A stretch of DNA of 32,000 nucleotides from an uncultured Oscillospiraceae bacterium (GTDB lineage: Bacteria; Bacillota; Clostridia; Oscillospirales; Oscillospiraceae). The DNA lies in NCBI GenBank assembly GCA_934661135.1, contig CAKUJA010000004.1, positions 8,814 to 40,813 on the forward strand. The letters run 5' to 3'. Shown piece after piece: positions 22,782 to 30,304 of the stretch. Numbering within the stretch: position 1 is the stretch's first letter; every line of letters begins with the position of its first letter. Below the pieces are notes generated by a model. The model worked only from the letters and a program-made list of their open reading frames with translations, made no database searches and was not told the DNA's origin. Both the position numbers and the translations under genes were made by a program.

Positions 22782-23208
22782 GCAGCGAATCTATCAGTCC
22801 CTAAAGCGCAAGGGACTGGCAGCGCAATTTGAATGTGCGGGCATTTATGCGATCCTACTGGATGGCAAGATTGTTTACATAGGAAAGAGCGTCAATATCC
22901 TTGCGCGGATGGCATAGCATTACGCACAGCTTGCACAAGGCAAGGAACATAAGTACCGCATACTCGCTGAGGCTACGCGCAGCGGACGCAAAATGTGCTT
23001 CACTGTGCTTTACCGAGCCTAGCAGAGCGGCTATGACGCAATTACAGAAGAAATCGGTCAGAAGGAGGGCGAGTATATCCGCCTCCACAGACCGCCGCTG
23101 AATCAATAGATACCAAAAGAAGAAAACTGGCGTCAGTTTCAGACGAATCGAAATGTGCAGAGCATTACACTGTCTGAGCTGCTGGAATATATAGGAGAAC
23201 AAAAATGA
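22771..23208 (+). pseudogene. GIY-YIG nuclease frame with three in-frame TAG codons (pseudogene or amber read-through gene)
   Basis: One frame contains AGIYAILLDGKIVYIGKS..ARMA-TAG(22915)-HY....FTVLYRA-TAG(23020)-QSGYDAITEEIGQKEGEYIRLHRPPLNQ-TAG(23107)-IPKEENW...GEQK-TGA(23206). The GIY..YIG, Arg and E..YI....P..N motifs are all in register. The start is uncertain: TTG 22771 after GGAAGGAAG, or GTG 22729. Confidence 0.6.
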
Positions 23209-23486
23209 ATTGTGCAACTGAGAATAAAGTGATAGCTTTGATCCTGAAATATCCTTCGATGGAAAAGCTGCTGGACAACGTTTCTGATGAAATGCTGCAA
23301 GAAATGATAGAATGCTATGAATTGGAATTTCCGGAACCGCTGGATTTTAAAAACCGGGATACGCGCCGTGTGATCTGCTACAGTTTCATTCTGCGCCTAT
23401 ACACCCTGCGGCTCGACGATTGCATAGCAGAAAGCAATGCGTTATTTGAAATCTTGGATTCCTGCTTGGATTATGTACTGCTCTGA
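23205..23486 (+). CDS. Hypothetical protein
   Basis: 93 aa. ATG overlaps the preceding frame's TGA (ATGA). AGGAGAA RBS. Confidence 0.6.
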   Translation: MNCATENKVIALILKYPSMEKLLDNVSDEMLQEMIECYELEFPEPLDFKNRDTRRVICYSFILRLYTLRLDDCIAESNALFEILDSCLDYVLL

Positions 23487-23499
23487 GAAAGCGCGAAGT

Positions 23500-23543
23500 A
23501 AGAGGCGACAGCACTTTGATGCTGCTGCCTCTTTTGTTTTTTT
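23500..23543 (+). terminator. Intrinsic terminator ending the element's leftward module
   Basis: AAGAGGCGACAGCA-CTTTGA-TGCTGCTGCCTCTT (14-position stem with one mismatch and one G-U pair) followed by TTGTTTTTTT. Confidence 0.7.
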
Positions 23544-23740
23544 GTGTCCCGTAATTGAAAATGGAATTGCCATTTCAGAATTATCCAGCCACACCCAAAG
23601 AGGACAGGGCAAACAAAAAAGATTTCTCCTGAAATACACCCCCCTGTCCTCAAAAGGGTGCTGCGCGTTTGCTGAACAGAATTTGCCGTGTATCCGGCTG
23701 ATTTTTGGCTCTTGGAGCAGGCAGAAAAGTGTATAGGAAA

Positions 23741-23953
23741 TCAGTTGTTTTCTTGGACGTATTCAATCAGGTCGCCAGGCTGACATTCCAACAGTCCGCA
23801 GATACGTTCAATGTTCTCCCAAGACAGCCCTTTTCCCTCTCTCAGCTTTTGGAGCGTGGATTGGCTCAGTATGTTTTCTTTCCGCAGAACGTAAGTTGTA
23901 TATCCTTTTGCTTTCAGTGCCTCTAAAACGTCAATCTTAAATTGCATTGGCAT
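23741..23953 (-). CDS. XRE-family helix-turn-helix regulator
   Basis: 70 aa. Contains GYTTYVLRKENILSQSTLQKLREGKGLSWENIERICGLLECQPGDLIEY, a typical Cro/CI-type HTH. Confidence 0.85.
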   Translation of the reverse strand: MPMQFKIDVLEALKAKGYTTYVLRKENILSQSTLQKLREGKGLSWENIERICGLLECQPGDLIEYVQENN

Positions 23954-23993
23954 AAAACCGCCTCCTTTTCCATTGTCCTTATTTTATCATAGG

Positions 23994-24074
23994 ATATGCA
24001 CGAAAACAAGTGTACAAATATCACAGAAATATGCTCGAATTATCGTGTATATTGCCAATTGAATATGCACGAAA
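23994..24074. promoter_or_regulatory. Three phased direct repeats ATATGC(A/T)CGAA (candidate operators) in the divergent region
   Basis: Copies at 23994-24005, 24029-24039 (one mismatch) and 24063-24074, spaced 35 and 34 bp. The third lies in the spacer of the rightward promoter. Confidence 0.5.
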
Positions 24075-24087
24075 CATAGTCTATAAT
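24059..24087 (+). promoter_or_regulatory. Promoter TTGAAT-17-TATAAT
   Basis: -35 hexamer at 24059-24064 and -10 hexamer at 24082-24087, upstream of ATG 24147. Confidence 0.5.
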
Positions 24088-24146
24088 ATAGACAGTTGAT
24101 AGAGATACCCACCAAACAAATTACCATCCAAAAGGAGACAGACAAA

Positions 24147-24425
24147 ATGAGCAAGAATGAAATCGTGAGCATGATTGAAACCATGAATAACTACGACGAG
24201 CTGGCAAGCAAAGCCAAGGCAAAGGCGGACGCCATCCGCGACGCGCTGAAAGAAGAAATGCTGCGGCTCGACACCGAGGAACTGAACGCGGGCGCTTACA
24301 TCCTCCGCTACACCAACATCATCAGCAACCGGTTCGACACCACCACCTTCAAGCGCCTGTATGCCGACCTCTATAAGGACTTCACCAAGGCCGTCAGCAG
24401 CCGCCGCTTCACAGTCAGCTACTAA
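24147..24425 (+). CDS. Hypothetical protein
   Basis: 92 aa from MSKNEIVSM, with AAAGGAGA 8 nt upstream. The track start at 24096 lacks an RBS. Confidence 0.65.
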   Translation: MSKNEIVSMIETMNNYDELASKAKAKADAIRDALKEEMLRLDTEELNAGAYILRYTNIISNRFDTTTFKRLYADLYKDFTKAVSSRRFTVSY

Positions 24426-24483
24426 CAGAAAAAACAAGCTCCGCGGGCAGGAAATGCCCGTGGAGTAGAAAGGACAGAGAGAT

Positions 24484-24774
24484 ATGTTGATATTCGATGA
24501 ATTGTGGAACGGGGCATTCAGCCCGTGTGAGCACCGCTATGAGCGGAACAGCGACTATGATATTGTCAGCCGCCGCATCAGCGCCCAGATGGATGTGCTG
24601 CGTCAGAACGCCTCCAAGAGACAGAAAAAGGTGTGGGAAGCCTATGACCGCGACTTGGCCGAGCGCGAAAATCTGGAACAGCAGGACGCTTATTATCAGG
24701 GCATTCGGTTCGGCGCACGGTTTATGCTGGACGTGCTTCTGGAACAGCCCGGCAGCTATGAGGCGCGGCGATGA
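24484..24774 (+). CDS. Hypothetical protein
   Basis: 96 aa. AGAAAGGACAGAGAG upstream. ATGA overlap with the recombinase gene. Confidence 0.6.
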   Translation: MLIFDELWNGAFSPCEHRYERNSDYDIVSRRISAQMDVLRQNASKRQKKVWEAYDRDLAERENLEQQDAYYQGIRFGARFMLDVLLEQPGSYEARR

Positions 24775-25361
24775 AAGCAGGCTATGCCAGATGCTCCACC
24801 AACGAGAGCAGGCAGGACATTGAACGGCAGGTGCGGGAGCTGAAACAGGCGGGTGCGGAAACTGTATATCTGGAATATGAACACGGCGACGCGGCAGTCA
24901 AGGAACAGCTGTCCTTGCTTCTAGAACAGGCACAGGCGGGTGATACTATCATCACGTTAGAAGTCTCCCGCCTTGCCCGCTCGACCAAGCAGCTCTGTGA
25001 AATCATTGAAGCCATCAGCCGGAAGCACCTGTGTCTTGTCATTGTCGGCAGTATCACAATGGACTGCCGCAGAGGACACGCAGACCCGATGACAGAGGCT
25101 TTTTTGCAAATGGCAGGCGTGTTCAGTCAGTTGGAGCTTGCTATGATACGCGCAAGGGTGCGCTCCGGAATGGCAAATGCCAGAGCCAAGGGCAAGCAGA
25201 TCGGCAGACCGCACCTGACCAGCGATGACATTCCTGCATCGTTTCTGCGGCATTATCCGGCGTATAAGGGCAGACAGCTCAATATCAGTGAGTTCGCAAG
25301 GGTGTGTAATCTCAGCCGGACAACCGTTTATAAGTATATTGACCTTTTGGAGAATGGGTAA
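24771..25361 (+). CDS. Small serine recombinase (resolvase/invertase family)
   Basis: 196 aa starting MKAGYARCSTNESRQD (catalytic Ser context). Contains LEVSRLARS and a C-terminal HTH (ISEFARVCNLSRTTVYKYI). Confidence 0.9.
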   Translation: MKAGYARCSTNESRQDIERQVRELKQAGAETVYLEYEHGDAAVKEQLSLLLEQAQAGDTIITLEVSRLARSTKQLCEIIEAISRKHLCLVIVGSITMDCRRGHADPMTEAFLQMAGVFSQLELAMIRARVRSGMANARAKGKQIGRPHLTSDDIPASFLRHYPAYKGRQLNISEFARVCNLSRTTVYKYIDLLENG

Positions 25362-25363
25362 AA

Positions 25364-25423
25364 CAAGTCATACATTTAACAGATATAGGGAAATGATTAC
25401 CTTTCTGTTGGATGTATGACTTG
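25364..25423. promoter_or_regulatory. Long hairpin / inverted repeat right after the serine recombinase gene
   Basis: CAAGTCATACAT (25364-25375) and ATGTATGACTTG (25412-25423) form a perfect 12-bp inverted repeat, with inner AACAG/CTGTT pairing. This may be a convergent terminator or a recombinase site. Confidence 0.45.
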
Positions 25424-25460
25424 AATTTGTTTATCCTGCTGGCGTTTCAGCTGGTTCTGA

Positions 25461-26213
25461 TTATTCTGACGTCGTATAACCTTCTGGGAGGACTACTGTT
25501 CCTGAAACTTCAAGGACATCAATCTTAAACCGAGGCTCCAAGTTTGGAGTATAGGATGTCCATTTGTAAGTTTTATAATGCATACTCTCACTTATTGTCC
25601 AATTTCCGTCATATGGTAGTGTGATTTTGAAATCTTTGTAGTTCCTCCATCCGCGGACTGTCCCATTTGACCAATAATCCTCATCTTGAACATTCCCAGT
25701 ATCAAATTCCCAACCGGAATTACAATCGTATTGATTTGCTTCTTCGTCCCACGTTGAGTGTATACTCATCGAAACTCGCAGCTTGATTGAAACATTTTCG
25801 AAATGACTATTCGTTTGATTTATAGTGGATATCGTTGCTGTTCCTGAACCGCTATAGTCCCAATACACATGGAAAAACGGATCGAATTCACGATCGGTCT
25901 TATAATCATTTGATGATACTTCAATTTTTAAGTAGTCTTGAATGTTTTCAGTTGTAAGTTTAATTGGCTTTATCTTTTTAAGCTGTGCTTCTGCTTCCTT
26001 AAGTGTTGAATAATTTTCGACACTATCCTTTTCTTCTTTACTCAATGCATCATACGCTTTCCTTGCATCCGTAATCTGCGTTTCACTATCCAGCGTCACT
26101 TCGCCTATGGATGCAATAGACTTTTCTACAGACTTCACCGCTTTGCTTTTTCCACAGGCGCACAGCGACAAAAGCATAACTGCACATAGCACCAATGCAA
26201 CAGCCTTTTTCAT
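25461..26213 (-). CDS. Lipoprotein of unknown function (AT-rich cargo gene)
   Basis: Start trimmed to MKKAVALVLCAVMLLSLCAC/GKS (signal peptide plus lipobox), with GGGGTGG upstream. The C-terminal region is rich in Trp and Tyr and looks beta-rich. Confidence 0.8.
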   Translation of the reverse strand: MKKAVALVLCAVMLLSLCACGKSKAVKSVEKSIASIGEVTLDSETQITDARKAYDALSKEEKDSVENYSTLKEAEAQLKKIKPIKLTTENIQDYLKIEVSSNDYKTDREFDPFFHVYWDYSGSGTATISTINQTNSHFENVSIKLRVSMSIHSTWDEEANQYDCNSGWEFDTGNVQDEDYWSNGTVRGWRNYKDFKITLPYDGNWTISESMHYKTYKWTSYTPNLEPRFKIDVLEVSGTVVLPEGYTTSE

Positions 26214-26226
26214 CCCTATTCCACCC

Positions 26227-26376
26227 CTATTTTGTAATTTCATTGAATTTTAACGCTTTTTCGCATAACTGGCGGACGGCCTCAACAAACGAGGAAATCC
26301 CTTTTTCTTTTTGATACGCAACAATTCTTCTAATCAACTGTGCATCCTTATCACCAAAAGTCACACCTTTGCCCAT
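26227..26376 (-). CDS. Small ribbon-helix-helix-like protein
   Basis: 49 aa, below the track cutoff: MGKGVTFGDKDAQLIRRIVAYQKEKGISSFVEAVRQLCEKALKFNEITK. GGAGGT lies 7 nt upstream. Stop codon is TAG. Sits directly upstream of the lipoprotein gene. The RHH call is by pattern only. Confidence 0.5.
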   Translation of the reverse strand: MGKGVTFGDKDAQLIRRIVAYQKEKGISSFVEAVRQLCEKALKFNEITK

Positions 26377-26508
26377 TGTAAATACCTCCATTTGCGCTTT
26401 TCTTTTCTCTTGGCAATTCTATTATATAACATTTTGTTTTATATTTCAATATAACAAACTGTTTTCTCTATACTTTTCTGTGAAACTTTCACAAAGGAGC
26501 ATAGGAAA

Positions 26509-26733
26509 ATGTATAGACGCATCCGGGATTTGCGCGAAGACTGCGACCTGTTTCAAAAAGACCTTGCCGAGTATTTACAGTGTTCGCAGGTCTGCTATTC
26601 CCACTATGAGATGGGCAAGCGCGACATTCCAACAGACGTTTTAATCAAGCTGGCAAGCTTCTATCATACCAGCACCGATTATCTCTTGGGGCGAACGGAT
26701 GAAAAGCAGGCGTATCCCGCATCCAAGAGCTGA
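26509..26733 (+). CDS. XRE-family helix-turn-helix regulator
   Basis: 74 aa: IRDLREDCDLFQKDLAEYLQCSQVCYSHYEMGKRDIPTDVLIKLASFYHTSTDYLLGR. AAAGGAG RBS. Confidence 0.85.
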   Translation: MYRRIRDLREDCDLFQKDLAEYLQCSQVCYSHYEMGKRDIPTDVLIKLASFYHTSTDYLLGRTDEKQAYPASKS

Positions 26734-26739
26734 AACACC

Positions 26740-26768
26740 AGCCGCAGCACAAAACCGCTGCGGCTTTT
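26740..26768 (+). terminator. Intrinsic terminator after the XRE gene
   Basis: AGCCGCAGC-ACAAAACC-GCTGCGGCT followed by TTTCC. An extended -10 element TGcTACAAT follows at 26778-26786. Confidence 0.55.
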
Positions 26769-26807
26769 CCGTATTTGTGCTACAATGAATAAAACCGGAT
26801 GTAGAGG

Positions 26808-27956
26808 ATGAAGATCATGGAAAAGGCACGCAACGAATACGGTTTTGAAGTTTTCGAGGGCGGGCATGGCCGGAAAGAAAACCAGAAGCTCAAGCCGTAT
26901 CTTGTGCTGCAATACCTCCTGCGGCAGTCGGACGAGAATCACGTCATATCAGCCACAAACATTGTCGGCTATTTGCAGGAAATCTGCGGGATTTACGCAG
27001 AGCGGCGCGGCATCTACAGGGATATCGACGAGATTAACAAGGCCATGCTTATCGTCGAATACGGAATTGACGTGCATGAGGCAGAAGCGCGGCTGGACGA
27101 GGATGAGGGTGAGAAAACCATTGTCTATGACAGGAGCAAAAAGGGCTTTTATGTGCGGCAGCGGCATTTTGACCTGACAGACATCCGGCTTCTGGCCGAG
27201 TGTGTCTATTCTGCGAAGTTCATTGAAAAGGGGCAGGCCGACCGGCTTGTTGATGTTGTTGCAGAGTTTGTCAGTGAGGAACAGGCAAAGACGATCCGCC
27301 ATGACGCGCTTCTGACCGACCGTGTGAAAACAGACAACAAGAGTGTCCTTATCAATCTGAGTGAGATCAGCGACGCTTTGAGCCATGAGCAGAGCGGGCA
27401 GCGCCATGCGCCGGAGAAGATCAGTTTCAAATATCTTGAATATACGATTGACGATCTGGATAAGCCTAAGGAGCGGCGCAAGGGAACACGATATATTGTC
27501 AGCCCATACCGACTACTGATTAACGATGGGAATTATTATCTGCTTGGATACGATGAAGAAAAGCACAAGATGCTGACCTATCGCGTTGACCGGATGAAAG
27601 ACGTTCGGTGCATGGGCGAACCAAGAGAGGGCGAAGAAGCGGCAGCAGCGATTGAAATCAGCAAATATGCGCAGCAGTGCTTTTCCATGTTCGGCGGGCA
27701 GACGACGCGCGTACAGATTCGGTTTATCAATATGCTTCTGGATACTGTGATTGACCGCTTTGGAAAGACCGGCGTGGAATATGCCAAGCTGGATGACAGG
27801 CATTTTACCATCACTGCGGAAGTCCGTGTCAGCGATCCGTTTTTCTCTTGGGTCTGCACATTCGGCAGGCGGGCAAAAATTCTGTATCCTGATTCTGTTG
27901 TTGCATCATTCAAAGCATACCTTGATAAAATTCGGGAAATGTATGAAAGTTGTTAA
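26808..27956 (+). CDS. HTH-WYL-domain transcriptional regulator
   Basis: 382 aa; ATG 26817 is an alternative start. N-terminal wHTH, then a WYL core (YIVSPYRLLINDGNYYLLGYDEEKHKMLTYRVDRMKDV) and a C-terminal WCX-like extension. Confidence 0.85.
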   Translation: MKIMEKARNEYGFEVFEGGHGRKENQKLKPYLVLQYLLRQSDENHVISATNIVGYLQEICGIYAERRGIYRDIDEINKAMLIVEYGIDVHEAEARLDEDEGEKTIVYDRSKKGFYVRQRHFDLTDIRLLAECVYSAKFIEKGQADRLVDVVAEFVSEEQAKTIRHDALLTDRVKTDNKSVLINLSEISDALSHEQSGQRHAPEKISFKYLEYTIDDLDKPKERRKGTRYIVSPYRLLINDGNYYLLGYDEEKHKMLTYRVDRMKDVRCMGEPREGEEAAAAIEISKYAQQCFSMFGGQTTRVQIRFINMLLDTVIDRFGKTGVEYAKLDDRHFTITAEVRVSDPFFSWVCTFGRRAKILYPDSVVASFKAYLDKIREMYESC

Positions 27957-27986
27957 AAAGAAAAAGTAAAGCTGTTTGAAAGACAG

Positions 27987-28028
27987 AAAAAGGTTGCAGA
28001 AAAGATGTTATCTTCCTGCAACCTTTTT
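27987..28028. terminator. Strong hairpin terminator at the right end of the element
   Basis: AAAAAGGTTGCAG...CTGCAACCTTTTT, a perfect 13-bp stem with extra inner AAGAT/ATCTT pairing. Confidence 0.6.
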
Positions 28029-28059
28029 GCTTCTTCCCATAGCCTTATTTGGTTTGTGT

Positions 28060-28077
28060 GTGGCACCCGTGTGGCAC
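28060..28077. repeat. Two direct GTGGCAC repeats (candidate arm-type sites), right arm
   Basis: Copies start at 28060 and 28071, 11 bp apart. They have the same orientation as the left-arm array. Confidence 0.55.
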
Positions 28078-28140
28078 CTGCACGGTTTATGAATGGCGGA
28101 AATCCTTGCAATATCAATGCTTTGGGGCGTCAGCCCCATG

Positions 28141-28190
28141 ATGCTTGACGTGCATGGGGTCACAGGTTCGAGTCCTGTACTGTCCACCAT
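28141..28190. repeat. attR: 50-bp direct repeat (tRNA-Val 3' fragment, not a gene)
   Basis: Identical to 19237-19286. The acceptor 5' strand and D arm are not present upstream. Confidence 0.9.
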
Positions 28191-28291
28191 CAAGCTGCAC
28201 CCAAAAAGATGCCGCTGCGAAAAGCCCAGAAGTTTCAACTGTTTCACCTCATAGGTACACAATGTGTCATGGGGGTACAGTCGGTACGGGC

Positions 28292-28337
28292 AAAAGCAAG
28301 ACGCAAACTCAAATGCATGAGTTTGCGTCTTGCTTTT
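28292..28337. terminator. Orphan bidirectional hairpin in non-coding DNA beyond attR
   Basis: AAAA-GCAAGACGCAAACTCA-AATGCA-TGAGTTTGCGTCTTGC-TTTTT, a perfect 16-bp stem. No convincing ORF on either side. Confidence 0.55.
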
Positions 28338-28601
28338 TACATAAGGATAGAGCTTGGCAGGAGCAATGTCAACGGTCGGCATTTTCAGGTGCAAACTGAT
28401 AAAGTGCTGTGTTTTCAAGCATTGTGCGGATTTCTGACAATAAAGTCAAGATTCTCCGAACATTCCAGAATCCCTTGAAAGTACTGGGGAAATCGCTTTT
28501 TCGGTTTTGCAGACGGAAGTAGTCAAACAGTAGCCACGCCCCGCTGTTGACGGCACGGGCAATTCAGAACAAACGAAAAATCACTTTCTGGAACTCACCG
28601 C

Positions 28602-28904
28602 TCAGGCGGCGGCGTTGAACGGCTCCAAGTCTGTGTGATTTTCCCATTCGTCCGTGACACCAGCATCGCGCAGCAGCTCTGTCACAGTTTTATCCAAGGC
28701 ATCGACTCTGTCGCTGCTGACTGCCTTCAGGTCAAAGCCGGCATCGCCGGCGTCGTCCAGAATCGCGGGATCCTTGCTGCCGTCCAGCAGGGCGTTTGCC
28801 GGATGTAAGCTGCCGCCCGCACTGCCGCTTGCTGCGGTGTCGATGCTCACGAGCAAATTGGCCACCGTATCCTTGCTCTCGGGTGCATACATCCAGCCGA
28901 TCAC
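28602..28904 (-). CDS. Acidic hypothetical protein (weak start signals; may be a gene fragment)
   Basis: 100 aa from GTG. Codon usage resembles the host (G/C at the third position). An in-frame TGA lies just upstream and there is no clear RBS. Located downstream of the AraC gene on the same strand. Confidence 0.35.
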   Translation of the reverse strand: MIGWMYAPESKDTVANLLVSIDTAASGSAGGSLHPANALLDGSKDPAILDDAGDAGFDLKAVSSDRVDALDKTVTELLRDAGVTDEWENHTDLEPFNAAA

Positions 28905-28957
28905 GTCACCGCCGTAATTGACCTTACCCGGCAGCTGTCAACCCAACGTCGGTCTGG

Positions 28958-30154
28958 TCACTGGTGTTTTTCCCGATATTCGCTGGGCGTGCTGCCGACA
29001 TAGGCTTTGAACACCCTTGAAAAATGACTGGCCGAGGAAAAGCCAAGATACGTGCTGATAGCGGTCAAGGATTTATCCGAATAGCGGAGGAGGCGTTTGG
29101 CTTCCTCCGTTTTTTCCTTCAGGATGAAGTCCGTCAGGCTTTCGCCAGTTTCCTCTTTGAACTTCCGCGAGAGATAGGGACGGCTGAGGAACAGATGCTC
29201 TGCGAGCTGCTCGGCAGAGATCGGCTCGGACATATGGTGTTGGATGTAGTTTGCCACGTCCACGGTGAGCTTGGAAGGGTGCTTGCCCAGATGCAGCCGC
29301 TCCACCCGCTCCGTGTAGTCCAGAATCATCCGATATTGCAGATTCATGATCTCCGCCGGTGAGGACAGCAGCTCGCACTGCCGGATGTAGGAGTCGCTGT
29401 GGGAAAAGGCGTCGTCCACGTCCATGCCGCCCCGGATGGCAGCGCGGGAGACCAGCGTGGCGATGACGATGAACGTGTTTTTTCTCTGCCGGAGCTGCTC
29501 CTCCGCCAGAACGCCGCCGCGGACAGCCGGAGCTTGGGCGATCCACTCCTTGAGTGCGGCGGTGTCTCCCTTGCGGACGATGCGCATGACCCGCTGCTCG
29601 AGATCAAAGGTGTTGTGCAGGCTCTGGGGCTCGTCTGCCGGAACCGACAGCTTCTGCTCCGCCAGCGCGGCATTCTGACGCGCCAGCAGCTTTTCCTGCT
29701 CCGTGTCGTAGATGGTGATGTCCTTCAGAGAGAGCGTTTCCCCGTTCAGGACGTGGTTCATGGTACACAGCATTTGCAGGATGCTCTCAACTGGCATCCG
29801 GACGATGCTTTTCATGCCCGCGATAAAATCTTCCATCTCGTCCGCAGGCACATCCGCGCGGAAGGCAAGCTCCCGCAGCTCCTGATCGCGCTCTTCGACC
29901 TGACGGGTCGGCCCAATGACAATCTTCACTGCGCCGGAATTGACGATGCCGTAGCAGTGAAAATGCGGCGTGGTGATGTATCCGACATGGGCTGTTACCG
30001 CGAAGATCTGCTCCTGATAGACGCGCATGGGGTCGCGGGGCAGGTAGGTCTGCGAGTAGTAGAAGGTCATACGTTCGCCCTCAAAAATTCGCACGGGAAC
30101 GCCGGAGAGATTCCCGATGGTGGTGCAGAGATAGGGCAGATCGATCTGTGCCAT
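28958..30154 (-). CDS. AraC-family transcriptional regulator
   Basis: 398 aa. C-terminal double HTH ([26 protein letters not shown] ... [29 protein letters not shown]). Confidence 0.9.
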   Translation of the reverse strand: MAQIDLPYLCTTIGNLSGVPVRIFEGERMTFYYSQTYLPRDPMRVYQEQIFAVTAHVGYITTPHFHCYGIVNSGAVKIVIGPTRQVEERDQELRELAFRADVPADEMEDFIAGMKSIVRMPVESILQMLCTMNHVLNGETLSLKDITIYDTEQEKLLARQNAALAEQKLSVPADEPQSLHNTFDLEQRVMRIVRKGDTAALKEWIAQAPAVRGGVLAEEQLRQRKNTFIVIATLVSRAAIRGGMDVDDAFSHSDSYIRQCELLSSPAEIMNLQYRMILDYTERVERLHLGKHPSKLTVDVANYIQHHMSEPISAEQLAEHLFLSRPYLSRKFKEETGESLTDFILKEKTEEAKRLLRYSDKSLTAISTYLGFSSASHFSRVFKAYVGSTPSEYREKHQ

Positions 30155-30304
30155 GTCATCGCCTCCAATTCGTTACTATTATACCGGAATGGTTACAGAT
30201 ATGCAAGTAAAGTGAAAGCGAGTTGTGCTACACTGACAATAGAAAAGGACGGGGCATCGGAAATTTCGGCAAAAACGATGCCCGCGGAAGTTGGAGGAAA
30301 AGAC

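Larger units (their letters stand above)
19237..28190. mobile_element. Integrative element of about 8.9 kb inserted in the 3' end of tRNA-Val (tyrosine integrase, regulators, serine recombinase, cargo)
   Basis: Perfect 50-bp direct repeats at both ends, with the integrase next to attL. Composition is visibly AT-richer than the flanks. Gene content is that of a mobile element. Confidence 0.85.

Noticed and set aside
21808-23208. Pyrrolysine decoding as the explanation for the in-frame TAG codons
   Set aside because: No pylT/pylS/pylBCD genes are in the window. The genes are not methylamine methyltransferases. TAG is used as a normal stop by host genes here (pilD, rrf2). Suppression supplied by a phage or recent nonsense decay are more plausible.
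28141-28190. Second tRNA-Val gene at the right end of the element
   Set aside because: Only the 3' part is present (anticodon stem onward). The 5' acceptor strand GGACAGT and the D arm are missing upstream. It is the attR duplicate, not a gene.
28008-28418. 136-aa minus-strand ORF, plus the 84-aa and 89-aa plus-strand ORFs at 28145-28478
   Set aside because: They span attR and/or run through the perfect 16-bp terminator hairpin. They lack an RBS and have odd composition.
29399-30304. N-terminal 300-residue extension of the GPH transporter ORF as listed in the track (29399..31756)
   Set aside because: The extension is antisense to the AraC gene and has shadow-ORF composition. A GGAGGA RBS and ATG at 30305 give a normal-length transporter.
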